Source: Podarcis muralis (taxonomy: Eukaryota). From it: DNA of 64,000 nucleotides. The DNA lies in NCBI RefSeq assembly GCF_964188315.1, contig NC_135658.1, positions 64,728,001 to 64,792,000 on the forward strand, read 5' to 3'. This document shows, piece after piece, positions 26,280 to 37,260 of the stretch (positions are counted from its first letter, which is position 1; the number at the start of each line of letters is the position of its first letter). A program made the position numbers and the translations under genes. Below the pieces are notes generated by a model. That model had not been told where the DNA came from and made no database searches. It saw only the letters and a list, made by a program, of their open reading frames with translations.

Positions 26280-26297
26280 ACACACACACACACACAC
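26237..26297. repeat. (TG)20-TA-(CA)9 microsatellite
   Basis: Seen directly. Confidence 0.95.
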
Positions 26298-26374
26298 TTG
26301 GTATTGTACCTCTCAAATATTATTGAACCATAATTGAATTGTGTTGGTTCAGTGCTAAACTCTTATTGCAGAAT

Positions 26375-26470
26375 TATAGCTCAGTCAGTAGAGCATATGA
26401 CTCAATCTCAAGTTCATGGGTTTGAACCCTGCATTGGGCAAACGATACCTGCATTGCAGGGGGCTAGAAT
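26375..26470 (+). mobile_element. tRNA-derived SINE 5' part, cut off by Tc2-like copy 2
   Basis: atagctcagtcagtagagcat...gggtttgaaccctgcattgggcaaacgatacctgcattgcagggg; same family as the SINE at about 33006-33120. Confidence 0.6.
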
Positions 26471-26471
26471 A

Positions 26472-26984
26472 CCGTATTTTTCACCCTATAGGACGCACTT
26501 TTTCCGCTCCAAAAATGAAGGAGAAATGTGTGTGCGTCCTATGGGGTGAATGCAGGCTTTCGCTGAAGCCTGGAGACCAAGAGGGGTCGGTGCACACCGA
26601 CCCCTCTCGCTCTTCAGGCTTCAGGAAGCTATCCGCAAGCCTGCGGAGCCCGGCAGGAACTCTCGCGGGCTCCGCAGGCTTGCAGATAGGTGTTTGCAGC
26701 CCGAAGCCCGGGGAGCGCGGCACTGTGCGCCCCGGGCTTAGGGCAGCTATCCGCAAGCCTGCAGCGGGCTACAGCGCCGCGCTCCCCGGGCTTCGGTTAG
26801 CAGCAAGCTCCGGGAGCAATGGAGAGGTTGAGCGCAGCCTCGCCATCGTTCCCGGACCCGTTCTGGGGGCTGGGGTCAGGGGAAGCTCGGGCTTCCCCCA
26901 CGCCCAGCCTGGCAAGCTCGGGGGGGGGGGGAAATATTTTTCCCCCTTTATTTCCCCCCCCAAAAAAAATTTTTAAGTGCGCCC
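26472..26984. mobile_element. Tc2-like element, copy 2 (one TIR missing), inverted relative to copy 1
   Basis: Left TIR and subterminal region match copy 3. Right-hand homology stops at ttaagtgcgccc, before the TIR. Confidence 0.75.
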
Positions 26985-27283
26985 CACTGAAGAGAAAAAG
27001 AAATACTATATTGGATACCAACTTTCTTTCTATCAACAGAACAGAGTTCACATTTATGGATCTGGTTGTTTCTGCCTCCCACTTTGTAGCCCATTGTTTG
27101 CCCTCCCTTATATGGGTTGTAAACTGGGCGGGGGGGAGTGCTGCAAAGTTGAAAGGAATTGTATTCTCCCTTGTGAATGGAGGACCAACATAGGATCCAA
27201 CCCATGATGTTGTCATCTACTCTATTAAATACCCCAATGAATACTGTTACTATTGTGGGGTAGAGAGACACACTTTAAAATAC

Positions 27284-27360
27284 CTGAACTGAGGAGGGCT
27301 GTGGGCTCCAGTGTAGATTTGCTCTCTTGCACCTTCTGGTCTAAAGGCATTGCATCTCAC
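27284..27360 (-). CDS. PHEX: PHEX exon 21 equivalent, [25 protein letters not shown](R)
   Basis: Hand translation. Acceptor gctgtttttaaatcttag, donor gtattt, 77 nt; contains the conserved HSP motif. Confidence 0.96.
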
Positions 27361-27656
27361 CTAAGATTTAAAAACAGCAACAACAAGCCAGTGAATTTAT
27401 CTCTACCTAAAATCCTCAATATAGTTCATTTATTTCTTTTATTTTAAATATTACTCAACCAATCTTCACCAAAAGATTCCAGAGTCACATACATAAACAG
27501 TTATGGGCTCCAAACATTTTTTCCCAGCACTTTATTTTTACATGGAAGATTTTTCTGTTCTGTCAGTTCATAAATTGCAATGCATGGATGCCAACTGCAA
27601 ATGCAACCTTGGATATTTAGCTTTGTTTATTAAATACAAGTAAAACAAACATACTA

Positions 27657-28171
27657 CCGTATTTTTCGCCCTATAGGACGCACTTTTCCCCCTCCAAAAA
27701 TGAAGGGGAAATGTGTGTGCGTCCCATGGGGCGAATGCAGGCTTTCCCGGGCTTCCTGCAGCTCTGCGCCACCCTCCGGATCCCGGCGCGAAGCCGCGCG
27801 GGGCTCTGGAGGGTGGCGCAGAGCTGCCTGCGCACCAGGGCTTCCTGCAGCTCTGAGCCACCCTCCCGATCCCGGCGTGAAGCCGCGTGGGACTCCAGAG
27901 GGTAGCGCAGAGCTGCCTGCATTCCGAAGCCTGATGCACGCTGAAGAGCGCGCCCGGGCTTCACGCACCTCTCCGCAAGCCTGGGGAGACCGGCGCGGCT
28001 CCCTAGGCTTGCGGATAGCAGGCTGTTCTGGGGGCTGGGGTCGGGGGAAGCTCGGGCTTCCCCCGCGCCTGCCCCGTGCCTGGGGGGGAAATAATTTTTT
28101 TTCTTTATTTCCCCCCCAAAAAATTAGGTGCGTCCTATGGGGCAGTGCGTCCTATGGGACGAAAAATACGG
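27657..28171. mobile_element. Tc2-like element, copy 3, inverted relative to copy 1
   Basis: Both TIRs present (ccgtatttttcgccctataggacgcac / gtgcgtcctatgggacgaaaaatacgg), TA flanks. Confidence 0.85.
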
Positions 28172-29074
28172 TAAATTATTTTTTTACACCAGGAAATGTT
28201 CAAATGCTAACTGAAAAATTTCCCATGCACAGTTAAGGAATTTCCCTATTCATTTTTTTCCAGGAAAACACACATTACTGGTACAAAAATATGAATAAAA
28301 CTATTCATGTGCCATCAATACGATGTAAATATAATCCGATCAACATACAGAACAAGGCAAGAGGCAATCAAAACACTAAAAATTAAAAAGCATTTAAATC
28401 AATCTATCTACAACTGGTATTGTAGGACCAGACAGCTGTGAACAGAAGAGTGTCAGCTAAAATATTCAAGAGCAACCTTGTACACACTTATACATGCCCA
28501 TGTAACTGTATAAGAGAGTTGAACTTCCTGTGAAAGAGGACAGAGTCATGGGGCAGAGCTGCCTCATGAGCCTGCTGGAAGCAACATCACTGCCACATAA
28601 CTGGGAGCAGGGAGAGGCGAGGAAGTGGCCAGGTCAGGGCTGTGCACAGGTGGGAGCATCAAATTGGCTCCACCACAATCAGGAAGCCATAAACAAGCTG
28701 TCATGGCTCCAGGTCACGTTTGGACCAAAACAAACCATGATCCTCCATTTTGGCTTAACGCTAAGCCGGGGTTCTGTTACTCTCACAGGAGGAACAAAGC
28801 AAGAGCCATGGTAGGCCCATCAATTACGGTTTACTGTGAAGTGCAAAAGCAGCCGATCTCTGAGTAGGTATGGTTTGTGCTTATAAAGGAGAAAGTGGGA
28901 AGTGAGAGAAAGAGAAGGAAAAGAGATGGCAGGTTGCTCCCCCCAGATCTACACTCCAAGAAAAGCTGTGAATTAAGAAAGTTCTTTTTGTAATCAAGCA
29001 GAATTGTCTATTCACCACTAAGCGAGCAGCTAAATACATACATCCATTCTGAAAGGGCATCTTGTACTACTCAC

Positions 29075-29179
29075 ATGAGCGTAACTTAGAAAGAAGAGCT
29101 GATTGTGGGTGAAGTCAATGCCTGGTAATAGGGCCTCTTCCTCTCCTTGTCTCTTTTCTTTGATCCACTTCCTATAGGC
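29075..29179 (-). CDS. PHEX: PHEX exon 20 equivalent, [35 protein letters not shown]
   Basis: Lies within ORF 29030..29218. Acceptor gcttctcatcag, donor gtgagt, 105 nt. Confidence 0.96.
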
Positions 29180-29251
29180 CTGATGAGAAGCACAATGAAC
29201 ACATTTAACTAGGTGCAAATTTCATCAACCCTTGTTACTCAATGTGGGGAG

Positions 29252-29254
<3 letters not shown>

Positions 29255-29307
<53 letters not shown>

Positions 29308-29333
29308 TGAGTGTGAGAGAGAGAGAGAGAGAG
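29255..29333. repeat. (GT)n(GA)n microsatellite in the 179-bp PHEX intron 19
   Basis: Seen directly. Confidence 0.95.
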
Positions 29334-29337
29334 CTTA

Positions 29338-29460
<123 letters not shown>

Positions 29461-29499
29461 TTATATTTGTCAATTGCTTAGAAGTCACTTTGGAAATTA

Positions 29500-29872
29500 G
29501 GTAAAGGTAAAGGTACCCCTGCCCCTACGGGCCAGTCTTGACAGACTCTAGAGTTGTGCGCTCATCTCACTCTATAGGCCGGGAGCTGGCGCTGTCCACA
29601 GACACTTCTGGGTCACGTGGCCAGCGTGACATCGCTGCTCTGGCGAGCCTGCACCAGCGCAGCACACGGAACGCCGTTTACCTTCCTGCTTTAAAGCGAT
29701 ACCTATTTATCTACTTGCCCCCCCTTTTTTTTTTTTTAGGGGTGCTTTCGAACTGCTAGGTGGGCAGGAGCTGGGACCGTAGACGGGAGCTCACCCCGCC
29801 ACAGGGATTCAAACCGCCGGCCATGCGATCAACAAGCCCTAGGCACTGAGGATTTACCCACAGCGCCACCCG
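29500..29872 (-). mobile_element. Sauria SINE, divergent subfamily, in PHEX intron 18
   Basis: Same architecture with diagnostic differences; 12-bp TSD ctttggaaatta (29488-29499 / 29873-29884); 75 nt from the exon 19 acceptor. Confidence 0.9.
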
Positions 29873-30023
29873 CTTTGGAAATTAAGAGCTGCATAAAATA
29901 AAATAATAATAATTTTCAAAATAATTAAACTCTACTTCATAGCTTTGTCCCCATAGCCAACTGGTTTCCATGATATTGTAAAAGATAGTATATATTATCA
30001 TCCATCACTGCTCTTGCACTTAC

Positions 30024-30154
30024 ATTCAAGCCCGCTTTCTTCCAATAATAGTTGTTGTACTGATTGACCATACATTTTGTTTTCTCTTTAAATTGCTCTT
30101 CAGAGTCCAATGACCACCAGGGATCCAAATTTCCATTTTTGTCATATTTGCGGC
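30024..30154 (-). CDS. PHEX: PHEX exon 18 equivalent, [43 protein letters not shown]
   Basis: Overlaps ORF 29937..30128. AG acceptor at 30156-30155 (A-rich upstream), donor gtaagt, 131 nt. Confidence 0.96.
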
Positions 30155-30734
30155 CTGCATTTTTTGTTTTTCAGAAAGGAAATTGTTTTTTTTTTTACAA
30201 TTAACGTGAACATGAGGATTGAGCAAATAAAACTGCACACATTTCTTAAACCATCAGCATAAAATGTCTGCCATGGGCAGCAAAAAGAAAGAGGTACTCT
30301 GTATCACTGAGTACTGTTACAGACACAAAAAAGCATTGCACATATTCTTCCCAATTTGCATTATAAAGCATTTTATTCCGCCCCTGCCTTCTTCAGAGAA
30401 TCTACAAAAAAACTTCAGAAGTTTTCAAGCTTTCTCCCAAAAAAATTAAAAAGGGGAGATTGCCCTCAGCCTTCCCTGACAAAGTTACCCTTTGAAGGGG
30501 CTTGACAACTGATGGCAGTGACAGCTTGGCAAGGTCTCCTTGTGCCACCATACAAATCCTCACGATACATTTGAAACATAACTTCTCCCAAAGAATCCTG
30601 GGGACTACAGTTTCTCCCCGTTACAGAGTCTTTAACAATATACAGTGCCCAGGATCCTCTGTGGTACATCATGTACATTGGATGTGCTTTAAATGTATGT
30701 CGGTGGAACTGTCAGTAGTTATCTTTCCTAGTCA

Positions 30735-30983
<249 letters not shown>

Positions 30984-32899
30984 TTAATGCAGGGGTGATG
31001 AACATTTTTAAAGGCCAAGGAGTACATTCCTTCATGGAGAACATTTCAGGGGGCTGCGTGCCAGAGGCAGAAGTGAGCAAAGCAACAGGTGCGACTCTTG
31101 ATACAGTAGGCTACATTCCTGCTATGCAAAAGTCAGAGATTTTCTATACACAGAAACCCAAACATTCCTCCATGCAGGCAAGCGAGAGCATTTTTGCAGT
31201 TCAAGGACACATTTTAGCCAGATAATCATTTATAAACGCACAAATTATTTATAGTGTAGCCAACCAATAAATATATGTTGGTTGTGCCTAATGAGCGCTT
31301 TTGTATTGATTTGTTTGTTATTCTTGCTTATTTCTAGGGTACCGACCACAGCTAGTGCTCTGTATGTAACACTAAAAAAACAATACAATAGAGGCCTTGC
31401 CCTCTGGTTTACAACTTAGTCTAGATACACAAAGGGGAAGAAGAGAGGAGTAGAAAGGGAGGTGTTCAAGATCAGTGAAATGCCAGTGCTAAGAGATGAG
31501 TTTCTATCAGTGTTTAAATACACCAGCGGTAGAAGCCAGATGGATGCCATGAGATAAAGAATTGCAATGGCAGGTAGCAGCAGGGGAGAATGGATGAAGT
31601 CCGGGAACGACAGATATAATTAGGGGGGGTTATTAAGGGTCAATGTACCAAAGGAGCGATGAAAGAAGTGGGGTTGGGGGGAGCACAGACAGATAAAAGA
31701 GCCTAGAGAGGTGTGGAAAGAATGAAGTCATTTTGTAGGCAACTGAAGACGTTTAAATAGAATACAAGAAGGAAAAAGAAGCTAAGAAATAAAACAGGAT
31801 TTCTTGGTCCTATGTCTATCTTTAGAAGAGAACAATAGAAATAGTATTTTAATCCAGATTGGCATTTACAAAACAAAATTAATTCAACTGGCTTTTTAAT
31901 TCAGCTGCTCTACAGAAACTTGAAGCATTTCTTAGTTAGCTGAATAATTAGTCAGTTAATAATATACAGGAGTTAGTAGGGAAGCTGTGACCCTCTAGAT
32001 GTTGTTGCACTCAACTCTCAGCATACTGAGCCGGCATGGCCAATGGTCCAGGAAAATCGGAGTTGTAGTCCAACACCACCTAGAAAACCACAAGTCCCCC
32101 ACCCAAATATACAGACATTGTTTTGGAAGAGGAGGCTGGGATTTCAAAAGCATCTCTCACAAGATTTAGCAATCCAAAACATGCCTTCTGAGTAATGTCT
32201 AAAACCTGGTTTCATTTTAACCCTACTTTTTTCTTTTGTTGTGCCCCCCATGAAACATAGCTGGCATGTAATAAAATGCTTCATACTGATATGTTGTTGT
32301 TTTTCTATCAGTGCAAAATTCCATTATAGGCCTGAGGTTAAAATTATACATTCTGTGGCAAGTTTATTTTTTTTATATTGCATTGTAGACAGGTGTGGCC
32401 TAAGATATGGAATACAATCTTAAGAGTTAGACTGTTCAGGCTTTGATTATATCAAGCGGTGTGCCTAGAATATAAAACCAACCCAGATCTCAGCATCTTT
32501 CTTTGTGACTGAGAAATATTGGAACAACGGCACAATACCCACTGCATGATCTGTATGAGAAATGCCGTTGTGCTCATGTCCTACTTGTGGGTTTCACATG
32601 GATCCCGGACTTGGGCAGTGTATACACTAACCCATTAGTAGCAGAACAATGGAGTTTTTCCTCTAGAATCGCTAATGCTTGTCCTCAAAATGATGTTCTC
32701 AATCCAGATTGATTCTAGATCCTGCTGTCCACAAGAGAGGGTGTGGTTATTTGCAAGTGATGATTGCCATCTAAGTATACACCCACCAGCAACATAACTG
32801 GGCATGTGTGGGTGAATTTTCCATTACCGGGACCACCTACATCTGTTTTCAAATGGACAGATTGCTGTGTAACGCACAATGAATCTGCTATGAGCTTTT

Positions 32900-33721
32900 C
32901 TTTTCAGAATGAAATGGGTTTCTCAATAAGGGCTTTTCAGTGGCAAAAAAAGAATCAAGAGATCTCGACTGTGTGTGGACTATGTAGCAAAAACAGTCTC
33001 CATCTGGGGATAGCTCAGGTGGTAGAGCATGAGTTTGAGCCCCACATTGGGCAAAAGATTCCTGCATTGCAAGAGGTTGCGCTAGGTGGTCCCTTCCAGC
33101 TCTACAAATCTATGATTCTAGAATAATTCCCAGAGGGATTGATTGTAAAACCACCCTAGGAACTGTAGCTTCTGGGAGGAGAATAGGAGAGTCTCCTAAC
33201 AACTCTCTGCACCCTTAACAAACCACAGCTCCCAGAACTCTTTGGGGGAAGCCATGACTGTTTAAAGTAGTATCATGGCGCTTTCCAAAAAAATTGTGTG
33301 AGTGTAGCCTTTTCAGAATGAAATGGGTTTCTCAATAAGGGCTTTTCAGTGGCAAAAAAAGAATCAAGAGATCTCGACTGTGTGTGGACTATGTAGCAAA
33401 AACAGTCTCCATCTGGGGATAGCTCAGGTGGTAGAGCATGAGTTTGAGCCCCACATTGGGCAAAAGATTCCTGCATTGCAAGAGGTTGCGCTAGGTGGTC
33501 CCTTCCAGCTCTACAAATCTATGATTCTAGAATAATTCCCAGAGGGATTGATTGTAAAACCACCCTAGGAACTGTAGCTTCTGGGAGGAGAATAGGAGAG
33601 TCTCCTAACAACTCTCTGCACCCTTAACAAACCACAGCTCCCAGAACTCTTTGGGGGAAGCCATGACTGTTTAAAGTAGTATCATGGCGCTTTCCAAAAA
33701 AATTGTGTGAGTGTAGCCTTT
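32900..33721. repeat. 409-bp direct tandem duplication in PHEX intron 16
   Basis: 32900-33308 repeated at 33309-33717; no differences found by eye; CTTT microhomology at the junctions. Confidence 0.93.
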
Positions 33722-34056
33722 ATGTGCATAGAAACCCCTGACATTTGCATGGCTGGAATGTAGCTTACTGTACAAAAGTAAGAGTCGCTTCCCTTGCTCC
33801 TCACACTTTTGCCTCTGGCCTTGCTCACTACTTTCATGTGGCTGGTGAGGGAACACTCGTCAGGCAGTCATAGATTATGACCCCTGCAGTACAACAAAAA
33901 CTACACATATCTCCTGATTTTCCAACTTTCTCAAGAATTTCTCCTATGCCGACTTCATTTAGCAAATTATTTGCCAGTTCATTTCCCTTTAGGTTCCTTT
34001 TATTTATTTTTCATACCTATACATACAGCATTTTAGTTTTAAGACTTTGCTTTTAC

Positions 34057-34111
34057 CTGGGATATTCTTTTCCCCAAAAGAATGGCTTCTGGAGCTCTCC
34101 TGCTGGGAATC
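34057..34111 (-). CDS. PHEX: PHEX exon 16 equivalent, FPAGELQKPFFWGKEYP(R)
   Basis: Hand translation. Acceptor ctctctttttttaaatcatag, donor gtaaaa, 55 nt. Confidence 0.96.
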
Positions 34112-35835
34112 CTATGATTTAAAAAAAGAGAGAGGCGTAGTAAATTCAGGCCAACTGAGTTCTGAAGCCAGGGCTTTTCTAAGTCTTTTCAGATACTTCC
34201 CACTCTTAAGATCAGTGGAGTTAATCAAATGGTTAACATGACCATATATGAATCAGGAACACTGCATTGGCTTACAAATGGACCAGATGCCGAGGCCAGG
34301 CAGGCAAAATTTAAAACACATTTAATAAAAGCATTAGCTAATTTTTTAGTTTTTCACCCTTTTTTTTGTAAAATGGATAGCAGTTTAAAAAAACAGCAGA
34401 GCTAATTCTTAAGTGAGTGGGTTTTTTTAGTAACACAGAGAAGCAGTGGTGGCACCATTATATCTGTGGGATGACTTGTAGCTGTTTTTCCTTCAAAACA
34501 AAAATTAAGCACCCTTTTTGAAGAGAGTGATCACGTAATGTATAGTCTGCTCCTGATATAAAGAGCTTGCGGTTGCTGATTAAAAGGAATATTGAACTCT
34601 TCTAATCTCCCACCTGTCAAAGACAGCAAACTAATTGATCGATTAAATATATTTATATACTACCCTTCATCAGTTTACAGAATGGAAGTATCAATAAGCA
34701 ATAAAACCGTACAACAAAAGCAACCTTCAGATAAAAACAGAGCCATCAGCAAGCTTTTAAAATGCGTAAAAGACTTCAAAGCCCCAGACATGTTATGTTA
34801 ACCCTTTAAGAAAATCACAACTGCTCAGAGTGTTCTCACCCCCATCGGATGTCAGAGGATGGGGCTTAAAGCCACTTCTGGACCTAAGAATAATCATTCC
34901 TATAATCTGCTTTCTTTCGTATATTTGCTGCTTCTTTTCCAACTATGCAATTTCCCCCTGTTTCATCCACCCTCCTCTTGTCTTCCTGCTCCATCTTTCT
35001 CTGTTGCTTATATAGAGCAGAAACAATCCTTCCCATCCCTCTGATTTTCTTCCCCTGGACTCCTTCCAGCCAGTTATCATGAGCGGGAAGCCAAACTGCT
35101 TTGTCGCTCTCAGATGCATCACAGCTTCCACAGCTCAAGGTGGCCAGGCACTCCCACGTATCATCTCTCAGGAAAGGAAATGGGCAAATACTTCTGCTTT
35201 AGGTGACACCTGAGGCAGTTCTCCTTGGTGGTTAGCTTTAAAGGGCAGCAGACTAAAGAGCAGAGGAAACGGAGTTACGGGTGTCCTGATAAGTGATCAA
35301 ATGGCAGCAGAGAGCATAACCTAAACAGTCTCTACTTGCCTTACCTGGTTCTGTATTACAGGCTTTCAATGTCATGTCATATTATATGCATCCATGGAAG
35401 GATTCTACATAATTTGATTTCACATTTAGTTCAATAAAGGTATTGCTTTGGTTTCCTCTTCTCTCTATTTTTTTATTTATTCCTGCTATTACACCACAAA
35501 AAAATCCATTGAAAAAAATCCATTTGATTCACTTGCCTAAATGGGTTAGACATTGCACATCCACACACAGTTTGCGAAGTGCCCCTGTGATTGCTTCATC
35601 GTGTTCTTAACTTTCAGGTCAATGGATTTCCTAGACTTCTGGATTGAGTGTGAACTGGGCACACGAAGAGGAAATAATATGACTGCTTTGCCATATGCCA
35701 AACTCTGTTAAGAAGTCTGCAGGATCTCATATTACTTGGCTTTTGCTTTCAGCAAATGTTAGCAGAGGAAACCCAAAGTACTCTCTTAAGGGATAGAACA
35801 AAAACACCCACCCCATAACTTGCAGCCTACAGCTT

Positions 35836-36082
35836 GAAGGAGTTAGCAAACTTTTTCAGGAGGGGGCCGGTCCACTGTCCCTCAGACCTTGTGGGGGGCC
35901 GGATTATATTTTGAAAAGGAAAAAAATGAACGAATTCCCCACAAATAAGCCAGAGATGCATTTTAAATAAAAGCACACATTCTACTCATGTAAAACATAC
36001 TGATTCCCAGACCATCTGCGGGCCAGATTTGGAAGGCGATTGGGCCAGATCCGGCCCCCGGGCCTTAGTTTGCCTACCCATG
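35836..36082. mobile_element. hAT-Charlie-like MITE
   Basis: Degenerate TIRs ggagttagcaaact / agtttgcctacccatg, with ggggccgg / ccggcccc subterminal motifs. TSD not clear. Confidence 0.6.
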
Positions 36083-36860
36083 GCTTAGGGTTAGCATTGT
36101 CCGAGATGATTGTTTCAATGCACACATATTTGCTTTTCAAAGAGCCCAGCTAGCCTTGCCTCCATAATCCCCTTAAGAAGAGAAAAAATCCTCACCAGCA
36201 AGTGATTCATTTATGGCTGATGGAGCCATTTCTAAAAATTGATGGAACATCCTCCTATTGGGACAGGAGGCTTTCAGCACTTTCCTTACAGCATCATTTC
36301 AAGGGATACACTAAATGTAACTCATGTCGAGTGAAGCAACAAGCAGCATGTTCCTTTGGCCTGCCCATCTGCTATCTGCCGGCTGTTGTTCCCCTGCTGC
36401 CTTTGCCACCTGTTTTGGCACTGATGTATGAGACAGGCAAATTGCAGAAACTTATATTCTGGGGATCACAGTATCTCTAATGGTCTATGGTTGTTTGGAA
36501 CTTGTCAAATAAGCTGATTTCTATGCTGTAAAAACAATTTAATTATACTAGTGTGGAGAGCAAGGCTTCCTTGATTTTATTTTTTTTAAATCATAGCCTA
36601 TCTGGAAGTGTGAATTTTTATTTCTGCCATGTGTGCTGTTCAGTATCTCAGCTTCATAGCACACAACCATTCTAACTAAATACATATTTTTTACCCAGTA
36701 GAATAGCTATATATATATATTAAGGTCTAGGCAGTGTGGGTTTCATTTTAAGGAGTTTTCTCTCACAGCTCTGTGGAGGATTTTAGACAGTGCCGCCATC
36801 ACATCATCTGTTAGTGGTAAGCTAAGAATCCATAATTGCTGATTTGATGTTGGACTTCCA

Positions 36861-36861
36861 A

Positions 36862-36895
<34 letters not shown>

Positions 36896-36899
36896 TATT
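36861..36899. repeat. (ATT)n microsatellite, probably an L2-type tail
   Basis: Seen directly; the following aaatttatatgccacccttcatcc resembles 56510-56535. Confidence 0.85.
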
Positions 36900-36963
36900 A
36901 AATTTATATGCCACCCTTCATCCAAAGAGTACAGAGTGGTTTATAGTATGAAAACACAAAGTA

Positions 36964-37260
36964 CAGTAGTGCCCCGCAAGACGAATGCCTGGCAAGACGA
37001 AAAACTCGCTAGATGAAAGGGTTTTCCGTTTTTTGAGTCGTTCCGCAAGACAAATTTCCCTATGGGCTTGCTTCACAAGACGAAACGTCTTGCGAGTTCT
37101 TGCGAGTTTGTTTCCTTTTTCTTAAAGCCGCTAAGCCGTTAATAGCCGCTAAGCCGCTAATAGCTGCTAAGCCGCTAATAGCCGTGCTTCGCAAGACAAA
37201 AAAACCACAAGACGAAGAGACGCGCGGAACGGATTAATTTCGTCTTGCGAGGCACCACTG
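36964..37260. mobile_element. Tigger-like MITE, family C
   Basis: TIRs cagtagtgccccgcaagacgaa / ttcgtcttgcgaggcaccactg, TA flanks, internal (gccgctaa)-type tandem repeat. Confidence 0.85.

Noticed and set aside
26416-26976. Long GC-rich ORFs (186 aa here, 178 aa at 27700, and others at 24617-25270)
   Set aside because: All lie inside the Tc2-like MITEs. High GC depletes stop codons, both strands are open, and there is no transposase or other domain.
32900-33721. CRISPR-like array, LTR pair or other prokaryotic system
   Set aside because: The sequence is vertebrate intron. The direct repeats are adjacent with no internal region or TG...CA ends, and no regularly spaced repeat-spacer array exists anywhere in the window.
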